In this document: positions 39,751-50,421 of the stretch, in pieces
Numbering within the stretch: the stretch's first letter is position 1
Layout of the letters: each line of letters starts with the position of its first letter
Assembly: GCA_030745695.1 (NCBI GenBank)
Contig: JASLOB010000001.1
Location: 936-64,935, forward strand
Length of the DNA: 64,000 bases
From: Candidatus Nanoarchaeia archaeon
GTDB lineage: Archaea > Nanobdellota > Nanobdellia > SCGC-AAA011-G17 > JACPNG01
Direction: 5' to 3'
The notes under the pieces: model-generated
Databases searched by the model: none
The model's input: the letters and a program-made list of their open reading frames with translations, nothing else
What the model was told of the DNA's origin: nothing
Translations under genes and position numbers: made by a program

Positions 39751-41571
39751 CTAATAGCTTACTAAAACTTCTACATCCCTCCCATATAACTTTCTCAAAT
39801 CTTCAAATATTTTTTCTTTAATAAAAACATTTTCAGGAATCTTAACTTTCTTTAATTGTTCTTCTAACTCTTCTAAAGAACTTTTTTCAATATCTATTAA
39901 GCTACCATTTTTAATTTTAGCTTTAGAAACTTCTTCTCTTTTCTCTAGATCATTTGTTATAAATGCTTTATCATCTAATAATAAAACTTCTCCATACTTC
40001 TCTCCATATTTGAATCTAATCTTAGCTCTTTCTAATTCAACTCCTCTTTTTCTTTGTATAAATTCAACCATAGTTTTTATGAATAGTATAGCTTCTTTGT
40101 TTACTTTTTCAATTTCTTGCTTACTCAATTTTTTAGAAGTGTAATCTTTTTTAGACTTTACAATTAATTTTAAAATTCTTAAGAATTTTTCTGGGATCAA
40201 TCCTTTATCAACTAAATTTTCTTTAAATGAAGATTCTAATTTTTTAATACTAATCTCTCTTACTCCATTAATAAACAAAGCATCTCTTGATATAGCAATA
40301 CAAGAATCATAATTATGCAATACTGATTCTCCTTGAGATTTTTTCTCTATTTGTGTAAATAATTTTCTGATTCTTTTCATATAATCTTCTAAATCTTTTA
40401 ACAAAGAATCAACTTCCTTTCCAGAAATTTCTCTAACCCTACCATGTTCAACATCTTTGTAATATTTGAATAATTTAGCTAATATGTCTACATATTTTTT
40501 TTCTAGTAATTTTTCTTTTTTAACAAATATTTCTTCCATAACTTTAACAGTCTCTCTTGGAGTTGTTGGAGGCAATCCATACAACATTATAGCGGCTTGT
40601 GCTGGGTTTAATGCAGCATAATATAAATCTTCTCCTACCATCCCAAGTAACTTTGATTTTGTTCTTTCTAACAATCTCTCTCCAAGATCCATGTTCATAT
40701 CAATCGCTTCTGGACTAGGTTTTAATTTACCCATATGTAATAATAATTTCCATGGCATAAACACTCCTTTATCAAATAAAGGAACTCCATCTCTTAAGAA
40801 TGTATAAATAACAGGTTGAGCTTCTTTAACAGAATCCCAAAAATCTGTTAAAATATGTGTTTGAACATGAAAATTTGCTTTTACTCCTGAAGCTTTTGAA
40901 GCACTAAAACCCATATCTTGAATTATTGCTCTTAATCTTTCTTTTAATTCAACTCTAGGCATTTTTTTTACATCAGTGTCATCTATAACAATAGAAACAT
41001 CTATATCTCCTGGATTTGCATCCCCTCTAAATAAACTACCAATAGCAATGTAACTTAGAACATATTTCTCAAATTTCTTTATAGTCATCTCTTTATGAAT
41101 CTCTGCTGTTTTTAATGCCCCTAACATTCCTTTATCATAGAGTATAGTTCCCATTCCAATTAATCCTAGAATTTCATACTTTCCATCAAAACACATCTCT
41201 TTTAATTCTGATATAATTAGAGTATTTGGTTTGATATTCTCATCAATATTTTTAGCAGAATCTTCTATTATATTAGTTAATTTATCTTTTAGTTCTAATT
41301 TAGACATCTTTTTAGAATCAGAATCATCAATTAAAACTAAAACATTAATCCAATCTTTTCTTTCTTCTCTTTCTTTTTGGGTTAATTCTTGTTCTTCTTC
41401 TGGTGTTAATTTTTCTGGAGGTAATAATTCTATACCAACTACATATTCTTCAAATTTCTTTAGAACTTCTTTCTTAAATTTCTCTACTTTTGCTTTAATT
41501 TGAGATAATTTTTTTTGAATATCTTTAGGAATCTCCAATCCTTCAGGAAGTTCTGGAATTTTATCTACCAT
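39751..41571 (-). CDS. hypothetical protein with tandem minimal nucleotidyltransferase-like domains and a long helical C-terminus
   Basis: The second repeat has GSLFRGDANPGDIDVSIV (the [GS]x9-13Dx[DE] signature); the first repeat is degenerate. Confidence 0.45.
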   Translation of the reverse strand: MVDKIPELPEGLEIPKDIQKKLSQIKAKVEKFKKEVLKKFEEYVVGIELLPPEKLTPEEEQELTQKEREERKDWINVLVLIDDSDSKKMSKLELKDKLTNIIEDSAKNIDENIKPNTLIISELKEMCFDGKYEILGLIGMGTILYDKGMLGALKTAEIHKEMTIKKFEKYVLSYIAIGSLFRGDANPGDIDVSIVIDDTDVKKMPRVELKERLRAIIQDMGFSASKASGVKANFHVQTHILTDFWDSVKEAQPVIYTFLRDGVPLFDKGVFMPWKLLLHMGKLKPSPEAIDMNMDLGERLLERTKSKLLGMVGEDLYYAALNPAQAAIMLYGLPPTTPRETVKVMEEIFVKKEKLLEKKYVDILAKLFKYYKDVEHGRVREISGKEVDSLLKDLEDYMKRIRKLFTQIEKKSQGESVLHNYDSCIAISRDALFINGVREISIKKLESSFKENLVDKGLIPEKFLRILKLIVKSKKDYTSKKLSKQEIEKVNKEAILFIKTMVEFIQRKRGVELERAKIRFKYGEKYGEVLLLDDKAFITNDLEKREEVSKAKIKNGSLIDIEKSSLEELEEQLKKVKIPENVFIKEKIFEDLRKLYGRDVEVLVSY

Positions 41572-41628
41572 GATTAATTTTTGATTATGAGGTTTTTAAA
41601 AGTTTTGATTATCTAACTAATTTTTACT

Positions 41629-42345
41629 TTATTCTTTGAATATTTTATTAAATCTTTCATATAATAAATCATCTATCTCACTGGCAGTGTATTGTACACG
41701 AAAATTATATTGTGAAAGAGCTTCTTCTATAATTTCTTTTTCTCTTAATAGTACCTTTGTTTTTCCAAAAATCATATGTTCAATGTTTTTAGCAGTTCTT
41801 AACATTTCTACATCTCTAATGTCTGCTTCTGTAAGGTTCGCTTTCATCATATTTGCTTCACCAAGATGTGCACCCATAAGGCAAGCGCCCCTCATAGATG
41901 CTACACTAAGATCTGCTCTTTGAAAATTCGTCTTTATAAGACATGTTTTAGAAAGACGAGAATATTTAAGGTTTGCTTGTATAAGGTTCACATTAGATAA
42001 ATCCGAAAAGCTTATGAATGCTCTTTCAAAATTTGCTCCATAGAAGTTAGCCCCACTAAGTTGCGAACAACGAAGATCTACTTTATGACCTTTAACATAT
42101 GGTAGGTATAAACCTAAAGCTTTTAAATGCCCCAAGTCAGAACCATCAAATATAATAGGGCTATTTTCTAGATCTTGTTCTCTTAAATATCTTTGTATTT
42201 CTCTATAATCTTCATGACCACTTAAATCTAATCCAACTAATTTTATTTCTGAAAAATCTCTTTCTCCAGATAAAACTTTCTTTATAAATTCTTCTTCTTT
42301 CATACTGTTTGGATGAGATATCATATTTGTCCTCACTATACTCAA
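41629..42345 (-). CDS. pentapeptide-repeat protein
   Basis: Tandem A(D/N)LxxAxLxxA-type pentapeptide repeats. Confidence 0.65.
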   Translation of the reverse strand: MSIVRTNMISHPNSMKEEEFIKKVLSGERDFSEIKLVGLDLSGHEDYREIQRYLREQDLENSPIIFDGSDLGHLKALGLYLPYVKGHKVDLRCSQLSGANFYGANFERAFISFSDLSNVNLIQANLKYSRLSKTCLIKTNFQRADLSVASMRGACLMGAHLGEANMMKANLTEADIRDVEMLRTAKNIEHMIFGKTKVLLREKEIIEEALSQYNFRVQYTASEIDDLLYERFNKIFKE

Positions 42346-42456
42346 TAATTTATATATTTCAATTTATAAACCTTTCTACTATGTTACTACTATTAAATAA
42401 TTAAGACAGTAAGTTTTATAAAGGAATAAATATAGTGAATAAGGGTATTATTTAAG

Positions 42457-43371
42457 ATGAAAGAATTTCAAAAAATAAAAGATTTTGAGGATATTTTAGG
42501 ACAAGAAGAATCAAAAAAGCAATTAAAATCTGCTTTAATGATTAGAAGAAATATTATTTTAGTCGGTCCACCTGGAGTTGGAAAAACAACTTTAGCAAAA
42601 AATGTATCTAAAATAAATAAAAAAGGTAAGTTCATTAGAGTGCAAGGATCTCCTGATTTGAATGTAGAAGATTTAATTGGAGATATTGATCCAATAAAAG
42701 CATTAAAACATGGTCCAACCTCTCTAGAAGCTTTCACACCAGGAAAAATTTTCAAAGCAGATAAAGGAGTTTTGTTCTTTGATGAAATTAATAGATGTCC
42801 TGAAAAATTACAAAATTCATTATTACAAGCTTTAGAAGAAAAAAAAGTTACAATAGGAAATTATGATATTGATTTTGATGCAGATTTTATTTTTATTGGA
42901 AGTATGAATCCAGAAGATTTTGCTGGAACTGAAAAGTTAAGTGAAGTTTTATTAGACAGATTTGATATGATCTATATGTCCTATCCTGAAACTTTAGATT
43001 TAGAAAAACAAATTATAAATTTAAAAGGTAATAAATTAGAAGTAGAATTTCCAGATGATCTATTAACTCAAGCTGTATTATTTGTTAGATTACTAAGAGA
43101 AAATAAAGATCTAGAAAGAGTTCCTTCTGTTAGAGCTTCTTTAGGATTGTATGAAAGAGCACAAAGTAATGCTATATTAAACAATAAAAAGAAAGTAGAT
43201 ATAGAAGATGTAAAAGAAGCAATTATTTCTGTGATAGCTCATAGAATTAAATTAAAACCAAGTGTAAAATACTTAACAAATTCAAATAAATTCATTGAAA
43301 AAGAATTAAGTGATTTCTTAGATAAAAAACAAGATCCAAGACAAACAGACAAAAGTGGTGATTTACCGTAG
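42457..43371 (+). CDS. MoxR-like AAA+ ATPase
   Basis: Walker A GPPGVGKTT and the Walker B/sensor region LFFDEINRCPEKLQNSLLQALEE are present. Confidence 0.75.
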   Translation: MKEFQKIKDFEDILGQEESKKQLKSALMIRRNIILVGPPGVGKTTLAKNVSKINKKGKFIRVQGSPDLNVEDLIGDIDPIKALKHGPTSLEAFTPGKIFKADKGVLFFDEINRCPEKLQNSLLQALEEKKVTIGNYDIDFDADFIFIGSMNPEDFAGTEKLSEVLLDRFDMIYMSYPETLDLEKQIINLKGNKLEVEFPDDLLTQAVLFVRLLRENKDLERVPSVRASLGLYERAQSNAILNNKKKVDIEDVKEAIISVIAHRIKLKPSVKYLTNSNKFIEKELSDFLDKKQDPRQTDKSGDLP

Positions 43372-44503
43372 CAGTATAAAAGGAAGTATAGAAGAGAAAG
43401 AAGGAAAATTAAAAAAACAAAATAAAGAAGATAAACTTTTGAGTTCTATTTTAGAAGGTAAAAAATCAGAAGAAGGAAAATTATTAAGAAATGCATTAAA
43501 TAATAATTTATTTTCTTTTAATCCTGATATGATGTTTCAACAAATTGTAAAAAATTATTCTTTAGCTAAAGAGATATATGGAGAGTCTTTCATAAGACAA
43601 ATTGCAAATGAAAATGATGTAGGATTTCCAGAAGTTCAAAGGAAGATTAAACAAAAAATATTAAATAAATTTGAAGAAATGCAAGATAATCAGATTATAA
43701 ATAAAGATTTAGAGATAACAGAAGAAGGATTAAAATTTGCTGCATTATCATTATATATTGAAGAGATTGATAATCTAGTTTCTAAAGGTTTAATTGGAGA
43801 GAAGTTCAATAAAGAAAAATCTCATTATGGATCTAAAGAAGATGTTAAAGAATTTAAAAAAGGAGATAGGTATAGAGATATTGCATTAAGAAAATCTATT
43901 AAAGTAGCAATAAAAAGATCTCATAAAAATATAGAAAAAAGAGATTTAAGAAGTTTTGAAAAAGAGTCTAAAGGGAAAATAAATATTGTTTATGGGTTAG
44001 ATGCTTCTGGTAGTATGAAAGGTAATAAAATTGATATGTGTAAAAAAGCAGGGGTTGCTCTAGCATTTAAAGCAATAGAAGAAAAAGATGAAGTTGGTTT
44101 GTTAGTTTTTGGATCTAAAGTTGAAGATATTGTACATCCAACACATGATTTTATGATGTTATTAAATAAAATAGCAAGAATTAGAGCTAAACAAGAAACA
44201 AATATAGCTTCTACAATAATGAAAGCTATTGAGATGTTTCCTAATGATGATTCTACTAAACATTTAATTTTGATAACAGATGCAATGCCAACTAAAGGAA
44301 AATATCCAGAAAAAGAAACATTAAATGCTGTTGAGAATGCATGTAGTTGTGGGATAACTATTTCTATGATTGGAATAAATTTAGATAAAAAAGGAAAAAT
44401 ATTAGCTGAAAAGATTTCTCAGGTAGGTAATGGAAAGTTACAAATAGTAAAAAATTTAGAAGATTTAGATATGGTTGTGTTAGAGGATTATTATAGTTTA
44501 TAA
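43355..44503 (+). CDS. von Willebrand factor A (VWA) domain protein with MIDAS motif, partner of MoxR
   Basis: DASGSM...T..TD is a MIDAS motif. The gene overlaps the MoxR gene. Confidence 0.7.
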   Translation: MVIYRSSIKGSIEEKEGKLKKQNKEDKLLSSILEGKKSEEGKLLRNALNNNLFSFNPDMMFQQIVKNYSLAKEIYGESFIRQIANENDVGFPEVQRKIKQKILNKFEEMQDNQIINKDLEITEEGLKFAALSLYIEEIDNLVSKGLIGEKFNKEKSHYGSKEDVKEFKKGDRYRDIALRKSIKVAIKRSHKNIEKRDLRSFEKESKGKINIVYGLDASGSMKGNKIDMCKKAGVALAFKAIEEKDEVGLLVFGSKVEDIVHPTHDFMMLLNKIARIRAKQETNIASTIMKAIEMFPNDDSTKHLILITDAMPTKGKYPEKETLNAVENACSCGITISMIGINLDKKGKILAEKISQVGNGKLQIVKNLEDLDMVVLEDYYSL

Positions 44504-44567
44504 AAACAAAATTTATATATTATAATCCAAAACTTTTTAAATTAAGTTAAAAGATTTTCTTTTAAAT

Positions 44568-44640
44568 GGGCTTGTGGTCTAGTGGCTATGACATCTCCCT
44601 TACAAGGAGAAGGTCGCAGGTTCGAGTCCTGCCAGGCCCA
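44568..44640 (+). tRNA. tRNA-Val(TAC)
   Basis: Hand fold: acceptor gggcttg/caggccc, anticodon loop ctTACaa, T-loop ttcgagt. Confidence 0.75.
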
Positions 44641-44772
44641 TCAACAATCTTAAAGAAAGATATATAAATCTAATTTTTCTACAATATTTATGGAGATAAC
44701 AAGAAAATTCAAAGATTTAACAAAGAATGATGTAAAATTGCTATAAAATATAAGAGATAACTAAATTGATAA

Positions 44773-45360
44773 TTATCTAGAAGCATCTGCTTGTCTTTCT
44801 AATTCTAATTTTCTTGCAATAGAATTACTTTTGTTATCAGAATTAAATGCTTTAATAATCTCATCAGCTAAACATTCCCACATCTTTCTTTTACTCTTAA
44901 ATGTTTGAGAATAAGATCCTTGGACCATATTTCTTAAAGCTAGATCAACTCTTCTTTGGGGAGCACACTCAACGGCTTGTGAATATCTTGCCCCACCATA
45001 CTCTATTGTTGTTATCTCTTCTCTTGGAGCAGCGTTTTCTACAGCTCTAACAAAAACTTCAACAGGATTTTTCTTTAATCTTTCTTCTATCAACTGAAAT
45101 GTTTTTATAACAATATTATAGTTTGTTATTGATTTTCCAGTATTGTGTCCAGAACTTATTCTATGTTTTTTTCCTCTATGTCCTGGGATCATTAATTTAT
45201 TAATCAATCTTTCTACAATATTATTTTTAGACTTCCAAAATTGGGTTCCAACATTTCTACCACCGGTTCTAGGGATGATTATTGGATTTAAGTTTATATA
45301 ATTCTTTAATCCATGATCAATAACTTCAAAATTTGTTTCCCATTTATTGAATAATTTCAT
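44773..45360 (-). CDS. rps7: ribosomal protein S7 (uS7)
   Basis: Conserved uS7 sequence; sits in the str operon. Confidence 0.85.
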   Translation of the reverse strand: MKLFNKWETNFEVIDHGLKNYINLNPIIIPRTGGRNVGTQFWKSKNNIVERLINKLMIPGHRGKKHRISSGHNTGKSITNYNIVIKTFQLIEERLKKNPVEVFVRAVENAAPREEITTIEYGGARYSQAVECAPQRRVDLALRNMVQGSYSQTFKSKRKMWECLADEIIKAFNSDNKSNSIARKLELERQADASR

Positions 45361-45367
45361 GTTATCT

Positions 45368-45625
45368 TCAATATTCTCCCATATCAGATTTAGATCTCAA
45401 TCTCTCTCCAATGTAAACAATTTCTTTTCCTATCCTTCTTAAAAATCTTATATAATCTCTATTAGCCATTGTTAACCCTGCACCAGCAACTAAAATTGTT
45501 CCAAATGTAGGATGTTCTACTATAGAAACTAACCCACCCATCATAACCATGGTCTTTGCTACATTTTGTGATGTTCCAGCAATTCCCCTACTTTGTAGAT
45601 CTGATAATCTAAAATCTAAACTCAT
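45368..45625 (-). CDS. small Gly-rich hydrophobic protein (85 aa) inserted between rps12 and rps7
   Basis: It has an ATGA start/stop overlap with rps12 and ends 7 nt before rps7. The core is [30 protein letters not shown]. Confidence 0.45.
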   Translation of the reverse strand: MSLDFRLSDLQSRGIAGTSQNVAKTMVMMGGLVSIVEHPTFGTILVAGAGLTMANRDYIRFLRRIGKEIVYIGERLRSKSDMGEY

Positions 45626-46059
45626 CTTCTACCTTTCTCTATCTTCCCTCTCAATAAAGCGTTTAAACTTTGATCATTAACTTTTATTACTTGCCATCTA
45701 ATTCCAGGGATGTCACCTTTAGCTCTTCCCATTTTTCCACCAATAGCTTCAATTAATACTTCATCATGTTCATTAATCAATTTTATAGCATTATATCCTG
45801 GAACAAAAGCTGTTACATGCTTACCATTTTTTATTAATTGAGCTTTAACACATTTTCTCATTGCAGAATTTGGTTGCTTTGCTTCTCTTTGTACTTTTTC
45901 TAAAACAATAGCTTTTGCTTGTGGAGAAGCTCCTAAAGGAGATGATTTTATTCTTAATTTTAACATTCTATTCTTAAATTTTCTATTATTCCATCTATCT
46001 TTTTTTCTCCCTTGTTTTAATTTTTTTCCTGATCCTAAACCTTTTCCTTGACTTCCCAT
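45622..46059 (-). CDS. rps12: ribosomal protein S12 (uS12)
   Basis: [35 protein letters not shown]...; it ends in TGA. The start is probably the internal MGSQ rather than 46080. Confidence 0.85.
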   Translation of the reverse strand: MGSQGKGLGSGKKLKQGRKKDRWNNRKFKNRMLKLRIKSSPLGASPQAKAIVLEKVQREAKQPNSAMRKCVKAQLIKNGKHVTAFVPGYNAIKLINEHDEVLIEAIGGKMGRAKGDIPGIRWQVIKVNDQSLNALLRGKIEKGRR

Positions 46060-46060
46060 T

Positions 46061-46462
46061 TTACTTAACTTTAATCTCAAAATTGAAATATTTGTTTACT
46101 ATTTCTTGTAATTCTTGTAATTTTTTTCTTTCTCTTCCAAGTATAATCCCTTTATCACTTGATTTACTTAACTCAATAGAAATTAAATTATTCTCTTTAT
46201 AAATCTTACCTTCTATAGGATATATTAAGTTTTTAATAAAGATTTCAACGTTATTATTGAATTCAATAATCCTAATTTTCTTTTTTATTAACTTTGAAAC
46301 CATAAACACATTTTTTCCTTTTTTACCTACAGCCTTTCCAATATCTCCTTCTTCAACAATAAATAGCATATTAGGATTAACAAAACAATCCTTTACTCTT
46401 GCTTTAGTTAAAGTCTCAAATAAGTTTATGTAGTCAATTGTTTGTTTTGTAAATTGTCTCAT
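46061..46462 (-). CDS. nusA: archaeal NusA-like protein (two KH domains)
   Basis: KH GxxG motifs [12 protein letters not shown] and [11 protein letters not shown] are present; it lies between L30e and S12. Confidence 0.75.
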   Translation of the reverse strand: MRQFTKQTIDYINLFETLTKARVKDCFVNPNMLFIVEEGDIGKAVGKKGKNVFMVSKLIKKKIRIIEFNNNVEIFIKNLIYPIEGKIYKENNLISIELSKSSDKGIILGRERKKLQELQEIVNKYFNFEIKVK

Positions 46463-46469
46463 TTTAGAA

Positions 46470-46712
46470 TTAATAACTCAATACAGAGATGTTAAATGGT
46501 TTTTTGCATCTAATGTTTAATTCTTCGTTACTTATGTCTAATTCAATTATCTCTGCTTTATTTTTATTTTTTAGAATCTCTTCTTTAATACTATCTGAAC
46601 AATTATTCGCTAAAAATACTTTACTAACTTCTCCTTTTTTTAATTTCTTTATAGTTCTATCTTTTCCTAAAACTAATGTTTTTTCATCTAATGCTTTAGT
46701 TAACTCATCCAT
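46470..46712 (-). CDS. rpl30e: ribosomal protein L30e
   Basis: Position in the RNAP operon and an L30e-like sequence. Confidence 0.7.
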   Translation of the reverse strand: MDELTKALDEKTLVLGKDRTIKKLKKGEVSKVFLANNCSDSIKEEILKNKNKAEIIELDISNEELNIRCKKPFNISVLSY

Positions 46713-47856
46713 TTTTCATTCCATCAAGTTTTTTTATTCTAGCAATTAATCCTGGAAGTCCTGTTCCAAGAGGAACTGGTTGATTAACAATAACATTTTC
46801 TATAACAGAAGTTAATTCATCTTCCTCTCCAACTAAACTAGCATCTATCAAGTGTCTAATAGGAGTCTCAAATGATGCTCTTGCTAAAACAGATTCTTTT
46901 TCTGATGTAATTCCTGATCTTGTTATTCCTTTAATAGTTCCAGAAGCAGTCATTAAATCTGCTATAAATAATATATGTCTAATATCTACATCTAATCCTT
47001 GTTCTTGTATAACTTTTAATGATTCATTTACTATTGCTTGTCTTGCCGCTTCTACCCCTAAATTCTTTAAGACTTCAAAAATATCATTACTTACAGATCT
47101 AGATTTATCTACTTCTTTTAATTTGAAAACTTCTTTTAAATTAGATCCAGAGGTTAGTATAACAAATTCATTATTTTGTTTTATCGGAAGAACTTGAGTA
47201 ACTCCAGGAATACCTTTTATGAAAGTATCTTTAGCTTTTTCTTTTAATTTGTATAAATCTTTTAATTCAATTTCTTTTCCAGGTTTTAAGACTATAGTTC
47301 CATCTTTATTTTGTTTAACTGATACTTCTTTAATTGATTCAGATAAAGTTTTTAATAATATTTGATCTGTTATTCTTAAATCCCTCATATTTTTTTTGTT
47401 AGGAGTTGCTTCAATTTGTAATTTAGCTATGTTAATGGAAAATTCTTGAGCTAGTTCTCTAAACTTAGTTTCTTTTATTAAAGCAGCTACTTTTCTTGCA
47501 GCATTAATATCTTTATTATATTGTTTGTCTAAATAAATTTCCATAGAAGGAGTGCTAGCTTCTTTTCTAGCATCAAATATCTCAATTAATCTTGGCAATC
47601 CTAAAGTAACGTTTAATTCTACAACACCAGCAAAGTGGAATATATTTAAAGTCATTTGGGTTCCTGGTTCTCCAAAAGATTCTGCAGTTATTACTCCAAT
47701 AGATTCTCCAGGATCAATTCTAGATGATTTATATGATTCTAATAATTTATCAAAGAATTCTTTTTCTTGTTTTTTTGTTAGTTTATGATTCTTTAATTCT
47801 TTTTGTGCATCTTCAAATATACTTAATGGAAGTTGAGATTTATATTCTTCAATCAT
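46705..47856 (-). CDS. rpoA2: DNA-directed RNA polymerase subunit A''
   Basis: Homologous to the Rpb1 C-terminal region; has an ATGA overlap with rpoA1. Confidence 0.9.
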   Translation of the reverse strand: MIEEYKSQLPLSIFEDAQKELKNHKLTKKQEKEFFDKLLESYKSSRIDPGESIGVITAESFGEPGTQMTLNIFHFAGVVELNVTLGLPRLIEIFDARKEASTPSMEIYLDKQYNKDINAARKVAALIKETKFRELAQEFSINIAKLQIEATPNKKNMRDLRITDQILLKTLSESIKEVSVKQNKDGTIVLKPGKEIELKDLYKLKEKAKDTFIKGIPGVTQVLPIKQNNEFVILTSGSNLKEVFKLKEVDKSRSVSNDIFEVLKNLGVEAARQAIVNESLKVIQEQGLDVDIRHILFIADLMTASGTIKGITRSGITSEKESVLARASFETPIRHLIDASLVGEEDELTSVIENVIVNQPVPLGTGLPGLIARIKKLDGMKNG

Positions 47857-50420
47857 TTTCCAGTAACCTCTCTTATTAAATTTCTAATATTAATTGTTCC
47901 TTTTTCAGATTTAGCCACATCTATTCCATCTTCTCCATATTTAAATTGAATAACAGTTTTGTTTGCATCTCTAACAGTATAATCATATTCAATCTTTAAA
48001 TCTTGTAGTGCATTAGACAATCTTCTGTATAAATAACCAGATTTTGGTGTTCTTAAAGCAGTATCCATCAATGAATCTCTTCCTGTCATTGCTCCAAAAA
48101 AGAATTCCATTGGATCTAATCCTTCCCTAAATGGAGTTTCGATAAAACCTTTAGATTTTGGTGACAACTCTCCTTGTTTAAACAATGCTAATGTTCTTTT
48201 ATCATATCCTTTCTCTATTCTTTTACCTCTTAATGCTTGTTGTCCTACTAAAGCACTCATCATACCTAAATTCAATATATTACCTTTAGCTCCAGCATTT
48301 GCCATTATAATTGTAGGGTTGTTTGGATTCGCATTATCTGCAATTAATTCTCCAACTCTATTTCTAACTCTATTTAATAATTGTAAAATCATTAACTCAA
48401 GTGTTTCTTCTATTGTTTTAGAAGGCATAGTCTCTAATTCATTATCATGATATTTAGAAATTAAATTTTTTACTTCTCTATTTGTATCATTCATAACTTG
48501 CCTAATCTTTTCAACTATAATCTCTTCTAAATCTATATCTTTGATTCCTATACTAAATCCATATAATTCTAAAGCTTTAATTCCAAGTTTGAAGATCATA
48601 CTTAAGATACTTAATGTCTTTTCATCTCCGTAATCTTTATGTAATTTTCTTATTAATGTTCCACCTTCTTCTCCAATAATATTACTATCTAAATTTCCTT
48701 TAATTAATTCTCCATCTTTTATTACAACTTCTTCATCTGCTCTATTTTTTGAAACAAAATTAAGAGTTTTTGGAAGTAACACTGAAAAAATTTCTTTTCC
48801 AGTTACTTGAGCTTTAAGTTTCTTAAATTTACTACTATCTTCCATACCTATACTCATCAAAAGATGGATAGCTTCATCTTTTTCTAATACTATCTGTTTA
48901 GATAACAAATAATTACCAGAAACAGAATCTTCTACACATCCAATGACATTTAATCCATGTTTTGGACTTATAAGTTGGGTTTGAACTTGCATTAAAGTTT
49001 CAGCTTCTGCTCTTGCTTCTTCAGTTTGAGGTATGTGAAGATTCATTTCATCTCCATCAAAATCCGCATTATAAGGATGACAAACAGCTGGATTTAATCT
49101 AAAACTTCTTCCAGCAATAACTCTTATTTTATGACACATGATACTCATCTTGTGTAGACTTGGTTGTCTATTGAATATAGCTACATCACCATCCATAAGA
49201 TGTCTCTCAATAATAAATCCAGGTTGCAATTCTTCTAATAATTGTTCTTTAGTTTCATCTGTTATCTTTTTCTTTTTTCCATCAGGTCTAACAACATAAT
49301 TACTTCCAGGATAAGTTTTTGGACCTCTTTCTATGAATTTTTTTAATCTTTCCATATTCCATTGATTTATTCTTTCAGGGACTGTTAAATCCATGGCTAC
49401 TTGTTTTGGAATTCCAACTTCATTAAACTCAATTTCTGGGTCTGGGCTTACTACAGTTCTAGCTGCAAAATTAACTCTTTTACCAGCTAAATTATATCTA
49501 AATCTTCCTTCTTTACTCTTGATTCTCTCTGTTAAAGTTTTTAATGGCTGTCCACTTCTATGTCTAGCTGGTGGAACATCTGAAATTGTGTTATCATAAT
49601 AAGTTGTGATGTGATATTGTAATAAGTCCCATAAATCTTCTACAATGACTTCTGGAGCTCCCGCATTTATATTTTCAAATAATCTTTGATTAATTCTTAC
49701 TATATCTCCTAATTTATGAGTTAAATCATCTTCAGATCTTTCTCCAGATTCTAATGTTATAGAAGGCCTCATAGTTACTGGAGGAATAAACAATAATGTA
49801 AGAATAGTTGAAGAAGGGTTGGAATGTTCATTATTAAATCCTAACAACTCTATATCTACACCTTGTATTTTTTCCAATCTTGCTTTTATTTCTATAGGTG
49901 TGATTCTTTTATCATTTTCAGTGAAGATAGTTGGTTTTTCTATTTTGATAGTGTATTGTTTTTCTTTACAATGGGGACATTTTCTTATATTTTTTAGTGA
50001 ATCTCTAATTAATTTAGTTCTTTTTCTTCTTGAAAGAATATCTTTTTTATCTAAGCTATCTAAATATTCTTTATGTGAATTAATTTTAACATCATCTAAT
50101 AAAATTCTTCCACAATCTTTACATGTAGATCTTAATAAATCTAGAATAACTCTTATGTATTTTACATGGATTATTGGTCTAGCTAATTCAATATAACCAA
50201 AATGGCCAGAACAATCTTTTAATTTTTCTCCACAAGTTCTACATGTTAACCCAGGATCAATAACACCCATTCTTGTATCCATCAATCCACCATCTACTGG
50301 ATAACCTTCTTTATCATACAGTTCAGGAGTGACTACTTTAACATGTGATAATCTTTTAACATCATCTGAACTTAATAATCCAAATGTTATTGTATCTATT
50401 TTTTTTGATATTTCTGCCAT
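47853..50420 (-). CDS. rpoA1: DNA-directed RNA polymerase subunit A'
   Basis: The zinc-binding N-terminus and the NADFDGDEMN catalytic motif are present. Confidence 0.9.
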   Translation of the reverse strand: MAEISKKIDTITFGLLSSDDVKRLSHVKVVTPELYDKEGYPVDGGLMDTRMGVIDPGLTCRTCGEKLKDCSGHFGYIELARPIIHVKYIRVILDLLRSTCKDCGRILLDDVKINSHKEYLDSLDKKDILSRRKRTKLIRDSLKNIRKCPHCKEKQYTIKIEKPTIFTENDKRITPIEIKARLEKIQGVDIELLGFNNEHSNPSSTILTLLFIPPVTMRPSITLESGERSEDDLTHKLGDIVRINQRLFENINAGAPEVIVEDLWDLLQYHITTYYDNTISDVPPARHRSGQPLKTLTERIKSKEGRFRYNLAGKRVNFAARTVVSPDPEIEFNEVGIPKQVAMDLTVPERINQWNMERLKKFIERGPKTYPGSNYVVRPDGKKKKITDETKEQLLEELQPGFIIERHLMDGDVAIFNRQPSLHKMSIMCHKIRVIAGRSFRLNPAVCHPYNADFDGDEMNLHIPQTEEARAEAETLMQVQTQLISPKHGLNVIGCVEDSVSGNYLLSKQIVLEKDEAIHLLMSIGMEDSSKFKKLKAQVTGKEIFSVLLPKTLNFVSKNRADEEVVIKDGELIKGNLDSNIIGEEGGTLIRKLHKDYGDEKTLSILSMIFKLGIKALELYGFSIGIKDIDLEEIIVEKIRQVMNDTNREVKNLISKYHDNELETMPSKTIEETLELMILQLLNRVRNRVGELIADNANPNNPTIIMANAGAKGNILNLGMMSALVGQQALRGKRIEKGYDKRTLALFKQGELSPKSKGFIETPFREGLDPMEFFFGAMTGRDSLMDTALRTPKSGYLYRRLSNALQDLKIEYDYTVRDANKTVIQFKYGEDGIDVAKSEKGTINIRNLIREVTGK

Positions 50421-50421
50421 T

